A DNA stretch of 64,000 nt from Coniocarpon cinnabarinum (taxonomy: Eukaryota), in contig JAVECO010000063.1 in NCBI GenBank assembly GCA_051942205.1, positions 1 through 64,000 on the forward strand. Direction: 5' to 3'. Below are positions 1-12,185 of the stretch, one piece after another. How positions within the stretch are numbered: position 1 is the first letter of the stretch; each line of letters opens with the position of its first letter. Position numbers and translations under genes: made by a program. The notes under the pieces were generated by a model. That model saw only the letters and a list, made by a program, of their open reading frames with translations, was not told where the DNA came from and did no database searches.

Positions 1-290
1 GCTTAATATTATTTAAATTTAAAATTAACCTAACTTATAAGTTATAAACTACTAAACTAATTACTTACTAGTTTATAGTATACCTTACTTTTTTAGATAG
101 TACTACTACTATTAGATAAAGTAACCTTTACTATAGTAGTACGCTAGTTACTTTTTTTTATAGCTCTTATTATCTTTATCTCTTTATATTATTCTCTATT
201 ATATTCTTCTATAGTAAAGGTTCTTATTTCTAGAATAGCCTTATATCTTCTTAATTACCTAAAAGTAGGGTTCTCTATATAAGTATTATA
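1..290 (-). mobile_element. Partial LTR (5' part, cut by window edge), inverted copy of the LTR at 2301-2832
   Basis: The reverse complement of 1-290 aligns without gaps to 2301-2590. Differences are almost all C>T/G>A transitions. Confidence 0.9.
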
Positions 291-1328
291 CTTTTAAATA
301 ATTACTTATAATACTAAATAAGAATTAAAAGGTATATACTACTCTATCTTATAACTAACTTTTTTAGATTAAAGGTTCTATTAGAACTTTAAAATAGTTC
401 TTTAGAGAAAGAATATAGTAGGCTACTTTCTACTTAATAACTAATAAGTCTAACTTTAGTATAAAGTTAACTAGTTACTTTATAATCTATTACTAAAAAA
501 AATAAAGTTAAATATTATTATCTACTAATAAGTTAATTAAGTACTACTTTACTTAATACTATTAAAAAATAATTTAATACTTTACTATAAAAGATACCTA
601 CTAGTTATAGTATTAAGGATAATAATAAAATATCTACTAATATTATTAAAATTAAACTTTATAAGAAAGATAAAGTATTCCTAAAACTATTTCTAACTCT
701 ATATAAACTAAATTTTATAATTAATTTATTTAAGTATAAAAAGAATAAGGTAAAGGTTTTCTTTACTAGAGCTTATCTTTATAATAGACTATTAGATTAG
801 TTTATACTAATTTTATAGAACTTAAGGTCTAATATACCTAAGATAGAAATATAAGTAATTATAATAAACTATAACTAGTTTACTATAATATTATAAGAAA
901 TATATAGAGAAATAAAGCTAAAGAAGAAAGTATAATTTAAGATCTAGTAACTTAAGTAAGGCAATATACTAGCTATATAATATATAGGTAAGTTTATATA
1001 ATATATATATATATCTAGCCTTAATTAAGAAGTACTAATAATATATTACTATAATAGACTTAATAAAGAAATTAAAAATTAACTATTCTACTAAGATAAG
1101 CCTAAAAAACTTATAGTACTTAGAAGATATACTATTAATTTAAATTTATATATTCTAGAGCTTAAAAGAGAAAAATAAGAAATTTAGACTTAGTAATTAA
1201 ATACCTTATATAGAATAGATACTTAAAAAATAGAACCTATAGATATTAATATTACTATACTTACTAAATATAAGTAATATAAAAAACTTATAAGTACTAA
1301 AAGGTAATATAAACGCTAAAATAACCTC

Positions 1329-1370
1329 TATATATACTATAGAAAAGTAGGATATATTATAAGAGATTAT
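1329..1370 (+). pseudogene. Fossil gag CCHC zinc knuckle of an LTR retrotransposon (probably Ty3/Gypsy)
   Basis: tat-ata-tac-tat-aga-aaa-gta-gga-tat-att-ata-aga-gat-tat reverts by transitions to C-x2-C-GKVG-H-IARD-C (C-x2-C-x4-H-x4-C). Confidence 0.7.
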
Positions 1371-2300
1371 AATCTAATAAGAAATTAAGAAAAAGGTTAA
1401 CCTAATAAGTTAATTAACACTTTAGGTTATAATATATATAATATAAGTAAGATACTCTTTAATTAAGAACTTGCTAACCTAGTAAACTATATTATTAAGA
1501 ATATTAATAAACTAATACTTATAGTACTTAATAAGTAAGAACCTAAAGAGGTTCTTAATATATTTTTATAAATATATAATACTATCTAGATACTATTAAA
1601 TAAAGCTATAGTAGTATATAGATTACTAATAGTTAATAAATAATTTATATAAAATTATTTTAAGTTCTTAACTTAAAAAAAAAAATAATAATACTAGAAA
1701 AGATTCTAAGTATAGACTAAGTCTTAATAATTCTATATTTAGGTACTTCTTTATTAAAAAAAGCTAAAAGAGTAGAAATATATTAATACTAGCGCTTAAA
1801 AATAGTATATTCTTAAAAAAAGTAAGTATAATTTTTTTTTTAAAGAATTACTTAATAAGTTTTTTTAAGAAGATAAAAAAGCTAAAAAGTTACTCTTCTA
1901 GCTCTATAAACTATAAAGATATAAACCTATACTCTAGAACTACTAAAAAATAACCTTAAAGTAACGCTTTCTATAGTAGTTACTAGAGAATTACTACTAA
2001 TATAAAAGAATATATAATAATAAATCTAATCTAGAACTTTAAGAACTTTAGAACTATAAAATTAAGGAAGTACCTAAAATATAACTTAATATACTAGAAT
2101 ATACTAAGATTAAGAAAACTATAAAGACTATTATACTATCTTTACTAGAATCTACTTTAAAAGCTAATAGTATTAACTAAAATTAATATATCTTTATAAA
2201 GAACTACCTAATACTATATATAAGAATAATTAAAAAGATTAATAATTTATTCTTATTAAAGAATAAGAAAGAATTTTAAAATACTATACTACTACTTCTA

Positions 2301-2832
2301 TGTAACGCCCCTACAGAGGACCCTACGCTTAAGTAACCAAGGAGACGTAGAGTTGTCCTAGGAATAAGAACCTTTGCTATAGAAGAATATAATAGGGAAT
2401 AACATAAAGGGATAAAGGTAGTAAGGGCTACAGAGGAGAGTAACTAGCGTACTACTATAGCAAAGGTTACTTTATCTAATAGTAGTAGTACTATCTAAGA
2501 AAGTAAGGTACGCTATAAACTAGTAAGTAATTAGTTTAGTAGTTTATAACTTATAAGTTAGGTTAATTCTAAATTTAAATAATATTAAGCCTAAGGGAAG
2601 GTAGGCTCGCTATTAAACTAATAGACTAAGGTACAAGCGAATATATTGTGCCCCCTATTTCTTCTATTGCCCCTGTCGCATAGAAGCGACGGAGCTAACG
2701 GGGGCTCACGTGATCCTTATATATATAGCCCTGTAGACAAACGCGTCCTAACACGTTGGGGTCACAATGCACTAGCGTGGTTCTACGCGGGTGCACGTAA
2801 CTTGTGTACTACCGATAGGGTATAGCGTAACA
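2301..2832 (+). mobile_element. LTR (~532 bp, probably solo)
   Basis: Starts TGTAACGC and ends GCGTAACA (TG...CA with an imperfect terminal inverted repeat). Internal TATA run at ~2718-2727. No matching target-site duplication seen. Confidence 0.8.
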
Positions 2833-3637
2833 GCTTAGTATATATATTACTATTACCTTTAACTATAAGTACTAAAGAAAGGTTAGGTATATAGTATAAC
2901 TCTATATAGTTCTATTCTTAGAAGAGTCGCATCTAATTCTATAATAGTACGCTTAACAATACTAAAGATATACCTTAAGGTACAGCCTATAAGATTACAT
3001 ACTATAATCTTACTTACTTAAGTATAACAGCCTTATAATACTACAAAGCAATACTTAGACTTAGAATACTTATAAAGTACATAGCTAAAGACTATAACTA
3101 GGTAATTAACTAGTATAATAGAAAGTCTGTATATATAAACTAAGCGCGTATATAGCTCGCTAAAGCCTCTAGGCTACTACGACCAACAACCGTAGTTAAG
3201 AAACATGTTCTAGACATCTTTTAATACAAGAGACGCTAGCAGCGAACTAACACCTATAGAACAGCGGAGGCTCTTAAAAGCCCACTAGAGCGTAGATCAT
3301 AGAAGTCTTTGCCGAACCTAGCAAAGGCAGCGAGAATCTACTTAGTTTTCGAACAACAGTAAGAACCAGATACAACCCAGAAAAGCTTAGAGAATATGTC
3401 ATAATGATCATACATAGCAAGTGCTAGGATGTAGCGAGCTGCAAGATGTCATCGTCAGGTTAACTCTTCAATTATAAATGTGTATCTTGTGCTTCGTGCT
3501 TCCACTTCTTCGTTTTGTCAGCAGATTGCAAAGACCGCTTACTCCTATCTCGAGATCGAAGAGCGACTTCGTCCTCGATCTGAGATACACGAGCTTCATC
3601 AGGTTCTAAGAAACTCGGCTCGGCAGGTTGATCGCTT

Positions 3638-5645
3638 TTATGCTCGGTAATAATTAGCTAATGTTACCGAAGGTGTCGATGAAGCGGATGTATAGTCAGG
3701 AGAAGGTGGTGTAGTGCCACTGTAGTTCCCAGTCTGGGTCGTGAAGTCACCTTGTACAGTGAGATTGTCGATACGGCCGAGAAGGAACTCAAGCTGGCGG
3801 TAGGCAGCCCCAGGTACGTATTGGGGTATCTCTGTGCAGAAATTAATTAGCAATCAAAACCACTCCTTGGCGAAATACCAGCATCGGAGTCTGCAAGCGG
3901 AGAATGTCGCTTACCATGACCAGCAAGATTGACAGAAACGAACGTTAAGCCACGCTCCGTATGTGTCTTTCCAAGCAATCCACCGCCAGCGACAAGTCCA
4001 ACGGGAGTTGCTGGGATTGGCTGATTCTCCGTCTCCTCAATAACAAAGCCCAGAGTTGGATTGTAAGGGACGAAGAAGTTGTCACCGCCTACCAACGGGC
4101 TCGAAGAAAAGCCTTGCTGCCCGTTCCAAGTCATGTTGTTCAATGTCATCAGCGTGCCATTCGTTAAGAGCAGGTAGTCCAACAGCCCGCTACCAACGAT
4201 AACATTGTTCGTTGCTTCAACGACGCGAGGTAAAGGATCGAAGGAGGAAGGATTGGATCCATCGCCATTCTGATTGATGCCAAGCTCGTCATCTCCACAG
4301 ATAGTGTAATTGGTGGGTGGTGCGTGGATGACTGCCTGGACAGTGCTGTCGTTGAAATAGTTGTTGGGGCCCTGGAGAAGTCAGTAAAGCTACCATTCAG
4401 GTCTACAATCAGGACTTACAGTGGCAAGCGAAGGGAAACCGAGCTCGTCCCAGAGGAAAGGGCAGAACTGGGAAGCTCAGTGTCAGCAACCATCTTCGTC
4501 ATAATCTGGACGCCACGAGCTCACATCGGTAAGGTGATAGACGTTGAAACAGGGATTGACATAGATTTCTGCAGTCACGATATCATCCCACACGTCGCAG
4601 CCTGGTGCGGACGCGTTGGGAGCTGTGAATTTGCCGCTTGGTGGAAATGTGAGGGCTTCTTCCATGAAAGTGAAGTAGCCACACTGCTCAGCGCGCTGGT
4701 TGATATTGGTCATGAAGGTCTCGTTGAGCGAGAAGACGGGCGCGTAGTTGTTCAAGTGTGTGACTGCGGGTGCTACTCGGAATCAGCAATGTCCTTCGAA
4801 CATATGTTTAATGGCTCTGCTTACTGTCGGTCAAGACAGAGCTGAGACCAATACTTGGATCATTGATCTGGATGCCTTTCACATTGTAATAGTCCGAATC
4901 AGACTGATTCAAAAAGTAGTCCGCAATGTATGGGATGTACTGTCCAGCGTAGGACTCGCCAGTCAGATACACATCTCTTCCTACCAAACCGAATGTAGTC
5001 ATGAAGTTTTCCCAGAACCCTGCAAAGTCTGCAGCGACTTGGACTTCGTTGCTTATCTTTTCGGGAGCGCCAGGCGCATGAGGTGAAAATCCAGTGCCGA
5101 TGGGCTGGTCAACCCATACCATGTTTGTGAGGTTGGTAAAGGAGAACGGGTTCGGCTGTGGTGCGTACGTCCCGGACTGCCACTGGAAGGGGGAGTTTTC
5201 CTGGAAGAGCCCATCGAGTGAGCTGCATCCTGGGCCACCGTTTAGCCAGATAGTGATTTCGTTCGACGCTGCCGGGTTGTCGCTCGGAAAGAACCAGAAG
5301 AAGAGCCGGTTCTCGCTCTGTGTGTTGTTGTCAATGGAAAGGCTGCCGGCATAAGACTCGCCGATGTCGAAGTTCACTTCCGGAAGGGCGGTGCCATCCA
5401 CGGAGAACGCTGCGAACATCAGTCAGTTTGTGAAGGGGTTGACAGCTGCAGATGAAGCTGTCGAGCTTACGAGCAGTGGCATTGGTCAAGTATTCGCTTG
5501 ACTGTCTCTTCGTGAATCCAGACAAGGGCCGCGAGATCGGCTCGGCGTGCCTCCTCTGGTATTTCGCAGCTCGCCTGTGGAGGTCGTTTGCTGCGGCGGC
5601 AGTGCTAGCGCCCAGGAGAGCCGTGAGAAGAGCCGCAACGTGCAT
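3638..5645 (-). CDS. Secreted serine carboxypeptidase (peptidase S10), multi-exon
   Basis: Signal peptide [19 protein letters not shown]. Motifs [20 protein letters not shown], catalytic GESYAG, and LAGH across spliced ORFs. Confidence 0.92.
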
Positions 5646-6437
5646 GTTGAGCAGAAACACTGAAGAGCTCTAGTGGCTTTCGACGGCAACGTCCAAATGC
5701 ACAAGACAGCGGGTGCTCGCGCTCAAACCTGGGCTCGGTGCCATCTTAACCCATCTCTGACTTGTGCGATTCCCATGTTATGACGTTCTACCCATTGGCT
5801 TGTGACGGGTGTAGCGGATAAACAGAGTGAAGCACCTTCCCTTTCGTTGCTAGAGGGTGTTCGGAGTTCGGTGTCCACCTGGGCTCCACTGATAGAGAGC
5901 GGAGCGTGCTCTTGCTACTGCGTTCGCTTTCAGGCTCATCATTGGAAGCCGGCATGTAGTTTGCAGACTATTGAAAGCGCCCGCTGTCGGCTTGGGAAAT
6001 GTACGGTTTGGCATCGAAGATGACGTTGAGTGACCCCGCAACCTGCAAAGCTTGGGGCGACACCTGCCAAATCGGACTTGGACGTTCTAACATGCAACTC
6101 ACCCTGCAACAATATGCACTGACATCCAAACCCTTTACGTGTCTTAGCAGGATCTCGCCTAGGAGCAAAATATTGCAAACCGCCCGCCACGCCAGGCGTC
6201 AGAATGCGTCGGCTAGTCGCCCAACTCATGAGGATACAGTATTTCTATGTAAGATGCGTTGGACTACTTCTGCAGCAGCCGCAGAGCAAGGCTCTTCTCT
6301 CGAAAGCGTCAGTATGCAACACCTTTCCTATCTATGCCTCGAACTCATACGTGATGCTTGTCTCGACGGCTACAAGTATACTGCTGCGAGAAGTCATATG
6401 TGGATGCTTTCCACTAAGATTCAAAATTACCTCTCCT

Positions 6438-9196
6438 TTACATCGTTTTGATGTTTTGGGGTGTCTTCTGGCGTTTCCACAGTGCCTTCAGTAACGATCG
6501 CCGTCGGAAGGTCGATTCTATATCACTGTTGGATGCTGCTCCCTGAAGAGTTGTGTCATCCTGCTTACTGCTGTGCCCAGAAAGCCCAAGATGACTTGGA
6601 TCCTGGTAGAGCGTTCTTGTTTGCGAACTCTGCCATGAGCGCATCCGTATCTCTATTGTCATACCTGGCCGTATCATAGCCTCCCATGCTTGGGGGAGTA
6701 TGATGACTCCACTTGGCTTGATCATATCATACCTACGCTCTACAATCTCCTCCTCTATACCCTCCATATGAAGAAAACTGGCTTTCACGAGGTCATGAGT
6801 CGCCTAGTCACTTGTGAGCTGATTAATCCGTAACCATAGATTCTCTGAAATCACAATGCCGGGCTCACCTCCCAAGATTTGCAACATTCGAGCGGAACCT
6901 CAAAGCTTCTCCCGAGAAAGTCCCTCACGGTTATCGCGTGTAGAGGAAGGCTTTCACTAGGAGTAGATATGTAATTACTTGAGTCGGCTTCCATGGTGGC
7001 AAAGGCTTCTTTTTTGGCGAGATCCCTCTCACGCTCAATCTTCTGCTCCATTTCCAATTCCTTAAATTGTTCACGTAGTTTGTTCAACTCGAGGTACGGA
7101 GCTGACATTCTCTCAGCAATACAGCTCAAAACGTCTAGAATTTGTCCAGAATCTGGATTTGCTTCGAGTGAAGCATCCGAATTGCTCTCTGATATTGTTT
7201 CGTGGTCACGATGGAAGCTGTACCGAGCATTCTTAAAGCCCCTGTCGTCTTCTGTGCGCAAATTATGGCTGCCACTATCGCCTCTCTGAGAGTGATCACG
7301 CTCTATGCCGCCATTGACGGACTCATCGGCTTCAGGGAGAGGGAAATCATCATTGGGTTGAGTTTTGGAGTAGGACCACAGGCGCATCCTTATGCTCAAG
7401 CCCGGCTGAACAAACGCATCCCATGCATCAGGCAGTATGATGTTGTCTTCCTCGTCGAGGAGGTTGAAATGATGGGCGGCCACCTCGGAAGCATAACGAC
7501 CGTCTTGGGCGAATGCTTGCTGAACTAGATTATCAAAATCCTCGGAAACCCGCCGTTAGCGTAAGATGATATGCATCCCAAATGGGTACAGCCTACCTTC
7601 CATGTCTTACAGTGACTCCAGGGAAATGTGTATCGACGCCCAAAGGGATTTTCGAAATGAATCGGCTTCAATGTTCCTTGATATGCTCGGTCTTCGGGTC
7701 GCTGCACGTGCGGTTCTGATCGTCCAGCAGACCAATTAGTGCCATTGGCAGGAACCAATTGTGTGTGCGAATATAGACTTGAATACGGGTAAGGATATTG
7801 CCATGGATACGAATATGGATATGGCTGGGGGTGGGTATATGTGTACGAATTCGGGTTCGTGAACTGGTGTGAGGAAGGGTGATCATTTTGATTGGAGGAG
7901 TTTTGCTGGGCCTTTTGACGATTTGCGGCGATGGAGATGCGAGGAGACTCGTGACGCTGGTGAGGAAGACTAGGTACAGGCTGCGAGGATGCAGTCTTTG
8001 AGGCGCCCTCGTACAGGTCATGGCGTCGGTTGCCGTTGTACGTAAAAGAATACTTCGCGCCCGGGTTTCCCATGCTCTCGATATCTACACTTGAAAGGTG
8101 AACTCGAGGCGCTGGCGTGATAGTATAGTCTTCCATAAGGGCTTCCAGAATGACTTCAGCTGCGTTCAACGGGTCTGTGTTCTCAGCTCGAGTCTGGTTC
8201 TCCGTCATGTCATAAGGGATCGTTCCCCGCACCAGGAGCGAAGTCTTAGGCCGATATGTGAAAATACCATCCGTCAACGTGCCCTCGCGGGATCTTGGGA
8301 GCCCTTTCTGGCTCTCATGCAGCTTTGGTGTAGAGTCTTGTAAGCCTTTCCTGTCTGCTGGGCCAAGTAATGTGTCGTGAGTGAAAGGAGGACTGCTTGT
8401 ATCAAAGTTGCTAGGACCGTCTTTTCTTGCGCCACGCTCTCCAGCATATGCTAACTCTGTGCTACGTTTGGGATAAGTCGCTGGAATGGTGGACGGCATT
8501 TCCTCCAAAGCACTGTCATTTTCTATACCTGATTGCATGTCCGGATGACGCCGCTGGTTGCGCACTTCAGCCTGACGCTCGCACTGCTCCAGCTTCTCTG
8601 GATAATTCCGGTTGAGGAGCACTAAGTCAGCTAAAGCGCGATAGTCCCGGCGCGAAAGCCTGGATGCTAAGTTTGGAAAACTAGGTTCGCGTTATAGACC
8701 GTCAAAGCCGATTAGCGGGCCTGGCTTACTCTGGTTGAACCGTTTCAAAGCCAGGTTTCGGAGTGACTACTGTAATCTGAAGTAGTAAATGAAGTGTGGA
8801 TTTGAGTCATTCAAGATTCGCCCTGAGGAGACCCACGCGTCCTTTCTTGAAACACCACCGAAGCTTTGCAAGCAAGTTGATTGGAGGTATTGATCTATCT
8901 TGAACTCCAGTTGCCTTGTAGATATCGGCAAATATATCCCGACACCTCTCACTGATCTTGTTAGCATTAAGAACGAGACTTGGGCGATAGATCGGTTTCC
9001 CGTAAGCCTGGTCTCGATGAAAAACCTCACCGAGCTCCTCCAAGACCGTGGATAGAAGATGAACATCGTGCGCGATATCGCTAATGTCCTTCTGAGCTTC
9101 CTTCGCATCCTGGCATAAACCAAAAAGCGCTTTGGACAGCGTTGCCGCTGTCGCGGCTATGCCTGCTACCGATGCAGCTGCAGAAAGCCCGTCCAT
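6438..9196 (-). CDS. Fungal STAND-N/HeLo-like N-terminal domain protein with two fungal ubiquitin-like domains; single in-frame TGA at 8809-8807 (pseudogene or recoded)
   Basis: N-terminus MDGLSAAASVAGIAATAATLSKALF. Predicted exons 9196-8730, 8680-7597, 7540-6869 and 6803-6438 join in frame. Two repeats of 'I.(F/V)....GR.(Y/F)..P...CK.W ... IILP.AW.A...PG..I'. Confidence 0.7.
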
Positions 9197-9977
9197 GACC
9201 TGATCAACAAATGCGCGAACAAAGATGAGTCAACTGCACAAGGAATTGGAACATGATCGAGTCGGACCAGTTCGACCAAGAACACCGCCCGAAGAAAGAA
9301 ACATGAATCATTGTCAAGAGTCTGGTCGAGAGGGAGCGCGAGGCATTATGAGGCAGCGTGGCGCACGCACAGGATCGGTGCGCATTGCACGAAGGGGCGA
9401 GAAACAAGTACAGTGTGACTCGAAGAACGCGACGGCTCGTTCTGTACCCAGACGGCTTCTGTCGTTAAAGCAGAGATCTCTTATCATCTACAGCCCTAGA
9501 GCAGTCTACGCGAAACAATAGTACGATACGAAGCCTCGCTTGGATAATTAAGGGACTGAAGGAGCGCGCACATACGAGATGATTACTCCAGGGTGACGTG
9601 CTGGTGGCAATTGTAAAACATACTTGTGAATGGCGCAGAGCTCCCTGCACGATTGGCGCGACTGGGTATGTACCGTACCAGGCGTACCTTGGGGATGCAG
9701 GTGAGCAAAGGATGAAACAAACAGCAACGCAGCAATGCAGCACAGCCCCGTTGTCGCAGGATCTCGAGGCACGTGATCTGGGCTGTGACGTGACTTGCAA
9801 CACAGCCGCCATTGACCTTTCACACTTTCCGTCGTCCACTTGCTCCATGTTGACATCGCCCAGCCGGCCTCCTGACTTCCCTTCGCTTCCCTTCTCTCGC
9901 TTGTCTCAGCCAATGCACTCGTTGCCCCCGATCGAGCCCCAGCTCATCATCACATTCTCTTAGTCTCTCGAGGCTCC

Positions 9978-12026
9978 ATGGCCGCAGCCATGTCCATTCA
10001 AGACCGCATCGCCTCGCTCAACCTCTCCCACGTCCGAACTCCCGCAGAGGATCGTCCTCTTCCACCAGCTCGCCCCGCCAGCAAGCCCTGTCTTCCTCCC
10101 AGGCTGCCCCCAAGATCGCCCGCATCAACGCAAAACATACACGTGGGAGCCGAAGACGGCCAACTGCCAGTGGGCAACCAGCCCGCCAGAGCAGCTCAAG
10201 CTCCAGAGCCTCCACAGCGAAAAGAGAGAGCTACGCGCCCACTGCCCCCACCGCGGCAGGTCACGCATGAGGCATATCATCAAAGAACGAACGAACTACA
10301 GCCACCCTCCGCACCCTCGAGAAACAATGCTTCGCAGACGCTCGTTAAGCGCGAGTCAAATGAATCCATCTCCTCGACGATTTCTGCCCGCTCATCAGTA
10401 TCAGGCATATCTACACGCACCAGTGCTACCACACCATCGCTAGAACCACGAAGCAGTACTTTCAGAGTGCCGTCCTATGATCCCAACGCCCTTCCTCCCT
10501 TGCCACCTAAGAAATCCGCACAAGCTCGTCCTACTCTCCATCCTTCGAAAAGCTCATCCAGCTTAACAAGGACCAAGACCTCCCAGCGTCCTCCAATAGA
10601 GATGCCGCCACTACCTCCTCCTCGGCGAGAAAAGCCTCCTACACCTGCTCTACCCCCACGGCGAACGTCTACACAAAACAACAAGGTGGTGATAGAGTCC
10701 GCAGTACCTTCTGTGGCACCTCGACTCCCCAGCCGTTCCCAGCCCACTGAAAACCAAGCACCTCCGGCTCCGAAACGATCGGCCTTGTCATATGGCATGA
10801 ACAAAGAGCAGGCTTCGACACCTACTTTTCAAGCTGAAGCAAATAGCACGACCGCAGACCCTCCACCGGTACCTACTTCTTCCCGACCCAACCTCTCCGC
10901 ACTGCAGGTTTCAAAGCCAAGAATGCCTTTTTGTGGCAGCTCGAGAACAACAACAGCTCCAGCAGGTGTGTGTATGAAGTGCAGAGATTTCTCTGGACCA
11001 GACCAACATGCCGTGCGTTTTCCTCGCGACTCAATTCCAAACGACGTGAACTGGCTCGCAGAATCTCTCACCGGCCCTTTCCCTTCACATACTGACAAGG
11101 CTCGCGCACTCTTCACGTGGTGCCATCACAACATTGACTATAACGCTCACGATTTCTTTAATGGCTCTGTCAAACCATCCACACCCCAAACCACGCTCGA
11201 GACAGGCCTTGCGGTCTGTGAAGGCTACGCCAGCCTTTTCAATGCCATGGCTCTACACGTGGGTCTCGAAAGTGTTGTTGTTGGTGGCCATGGCATGGGC
11301 TTCGCCAAGAAACCCATTACCTCCAATGAGCCAACACCTCCTGAAGATGCCACGGGTCACGCCTGGAATGTAGTCAAAATTGACAACAATGACTGGAAGC
11401 TCGTCGATGTCTGCTGGGGCGCAGGACACATTGCCGACGATGGCAACTATCAGCGTCACTTTCATCCCGAGCGTTTCACGCAAAGCAATGATGACTTCGG
11501 GCTTGATCACTATCCCGCGAATCCCAATCAGCAATTTCGCAACGACGGCCGTATCATGTTCTGGGATGAATACATTCGCGGACCCTTGAACGGACAGGAG
11601 ACACTCACGGTGTACACTGGATGCCAGGACGAGCATGGCATTGACGAAAAGTCATTCCAACCAAGGACGAAACAAATTCAAGTTCGTGGACCAGGGGCCC
11701 AGCGCGTGCAATTCATGTTTGGAAGCGTGTGCGAGCATTGGGATCCAATCAAAATGGGCAAAGGCAAGCCCTATCAATATGTGCTTGCAGTCGGTGGGAG
11801 AGATGGGCGCAACCGGAAGAACCTACCATTCCGTACCAATGGGCGCCACTGGTGGTTGGACGTTGAGAAATCAGAGCTCGGCTGCACAGGCCAGAGCGTC
11901 CATCTATATGCGGTTACCAGTGTCAATGGGGAAAACGCGAGAGGTATGACTTATGAGCAGTATGAGGCGGCTGTGGGCAGGAAAGGTATGGGATTCGGTG
12001 GTGTGGCTTGCTGGCAGCTGATATGA
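9978..12026 (+). CDS. Transglutaminase-like (Cyk3/kyphoscoliosis peptidase family) protein with proline-rich N-terminus
   Basis: 682-aa ORF. AVCEGYA, GHAWN and VDVCWGAG give a Cys-His-Asp triad. Many PxLPPR motifs. Confidence 0.85.
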   Translation: MAAAMSIQDRIASLNLSHVRTPAEDRPLPPARPASKPCLPPRLPPRSPASTQNIHVGAEDGQLPVGNQPARAAQAPEPPQRKERATRPLPPPRQVTHEAYHQRTNELQPPSAPSRNNASQTLVKRESNESISSTISARSSVSGISTRTSATTPSLEPRSSTFRVPSYDPNALPPLPPKKSAQARPTLHPSKSSSSLTRTKTSQRPPIEMPPLPPPRREKPPTPALPPRRTSTQNNKVVIESAVPSVAPRLPSRSQPTENQAPPAPKRSALSYGMNKEQASTPTFQAEANSTTADPPPVPTSSRPNLSALQVSKPRMPFCGSSRTTTAPAGVCMKCRDFSGPDQHAVRFPRDSIPNDVNWLAESLTGPFPSHTDKARALFTWCHHNIDYNAHDFFNGSVKPSTPQTTLETGLAVCEGYASLFNAMALHVGLESVVVGGHGMGFAKKPITSNEPTPPEDATGHAWNVVKIDNNDWKLVDVCWGAGHIADDGNYQRHFHPERFTQSNDDFGLDHYPANPNQQFRNDGRIMFWDEYIRGPLNGQETLTVYTGCQDEHGIDEKSFQPRTKQIQVRGPGAQRVQFMFGSVCEHWDPIKMGKGKPYQYVLAVGGRDGRNRKNLPFRTNGRHWWLDVEKSELGCTGQSVHLYAVTSVNGENARGMTYEQYEAAVGRKGMGFGGVACWQLI

Positions 12027-12185
12027 TGTTATCGGAGAGGCGAATATGGTCAGAATACCATGGCATACAAAAGTTGCAAGCATGGAAGCATGAACGTTTT
12101 CAGCACCCCCAGCGAAGCAGAGTCTCGTCAAAATTCCCGACCATTACGAAGTATAGATAATGTCCTTCAGAGTTAGAAGAGGTAA

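Larger units (their letters stand above)
1..3400. mobile_element. AT-rich RIP-degenerated retrotransposon block (nested LTR-element relics)
   Basis: Extreme AT and TpA richness with CpA/TpG depletion. No ORF >60 aa. GC content rises gradually towards ~3400-3600. Confidence 0.9.

Noticed and set aside
1..2590. Single DNA transposon with ~290-bp terminal inverted repeats
   Set aside because: The repeat begins TGTAAC, extends as a TG...CA LTR and faces outward. The interior holds a gag-like motif rather than a transposase.
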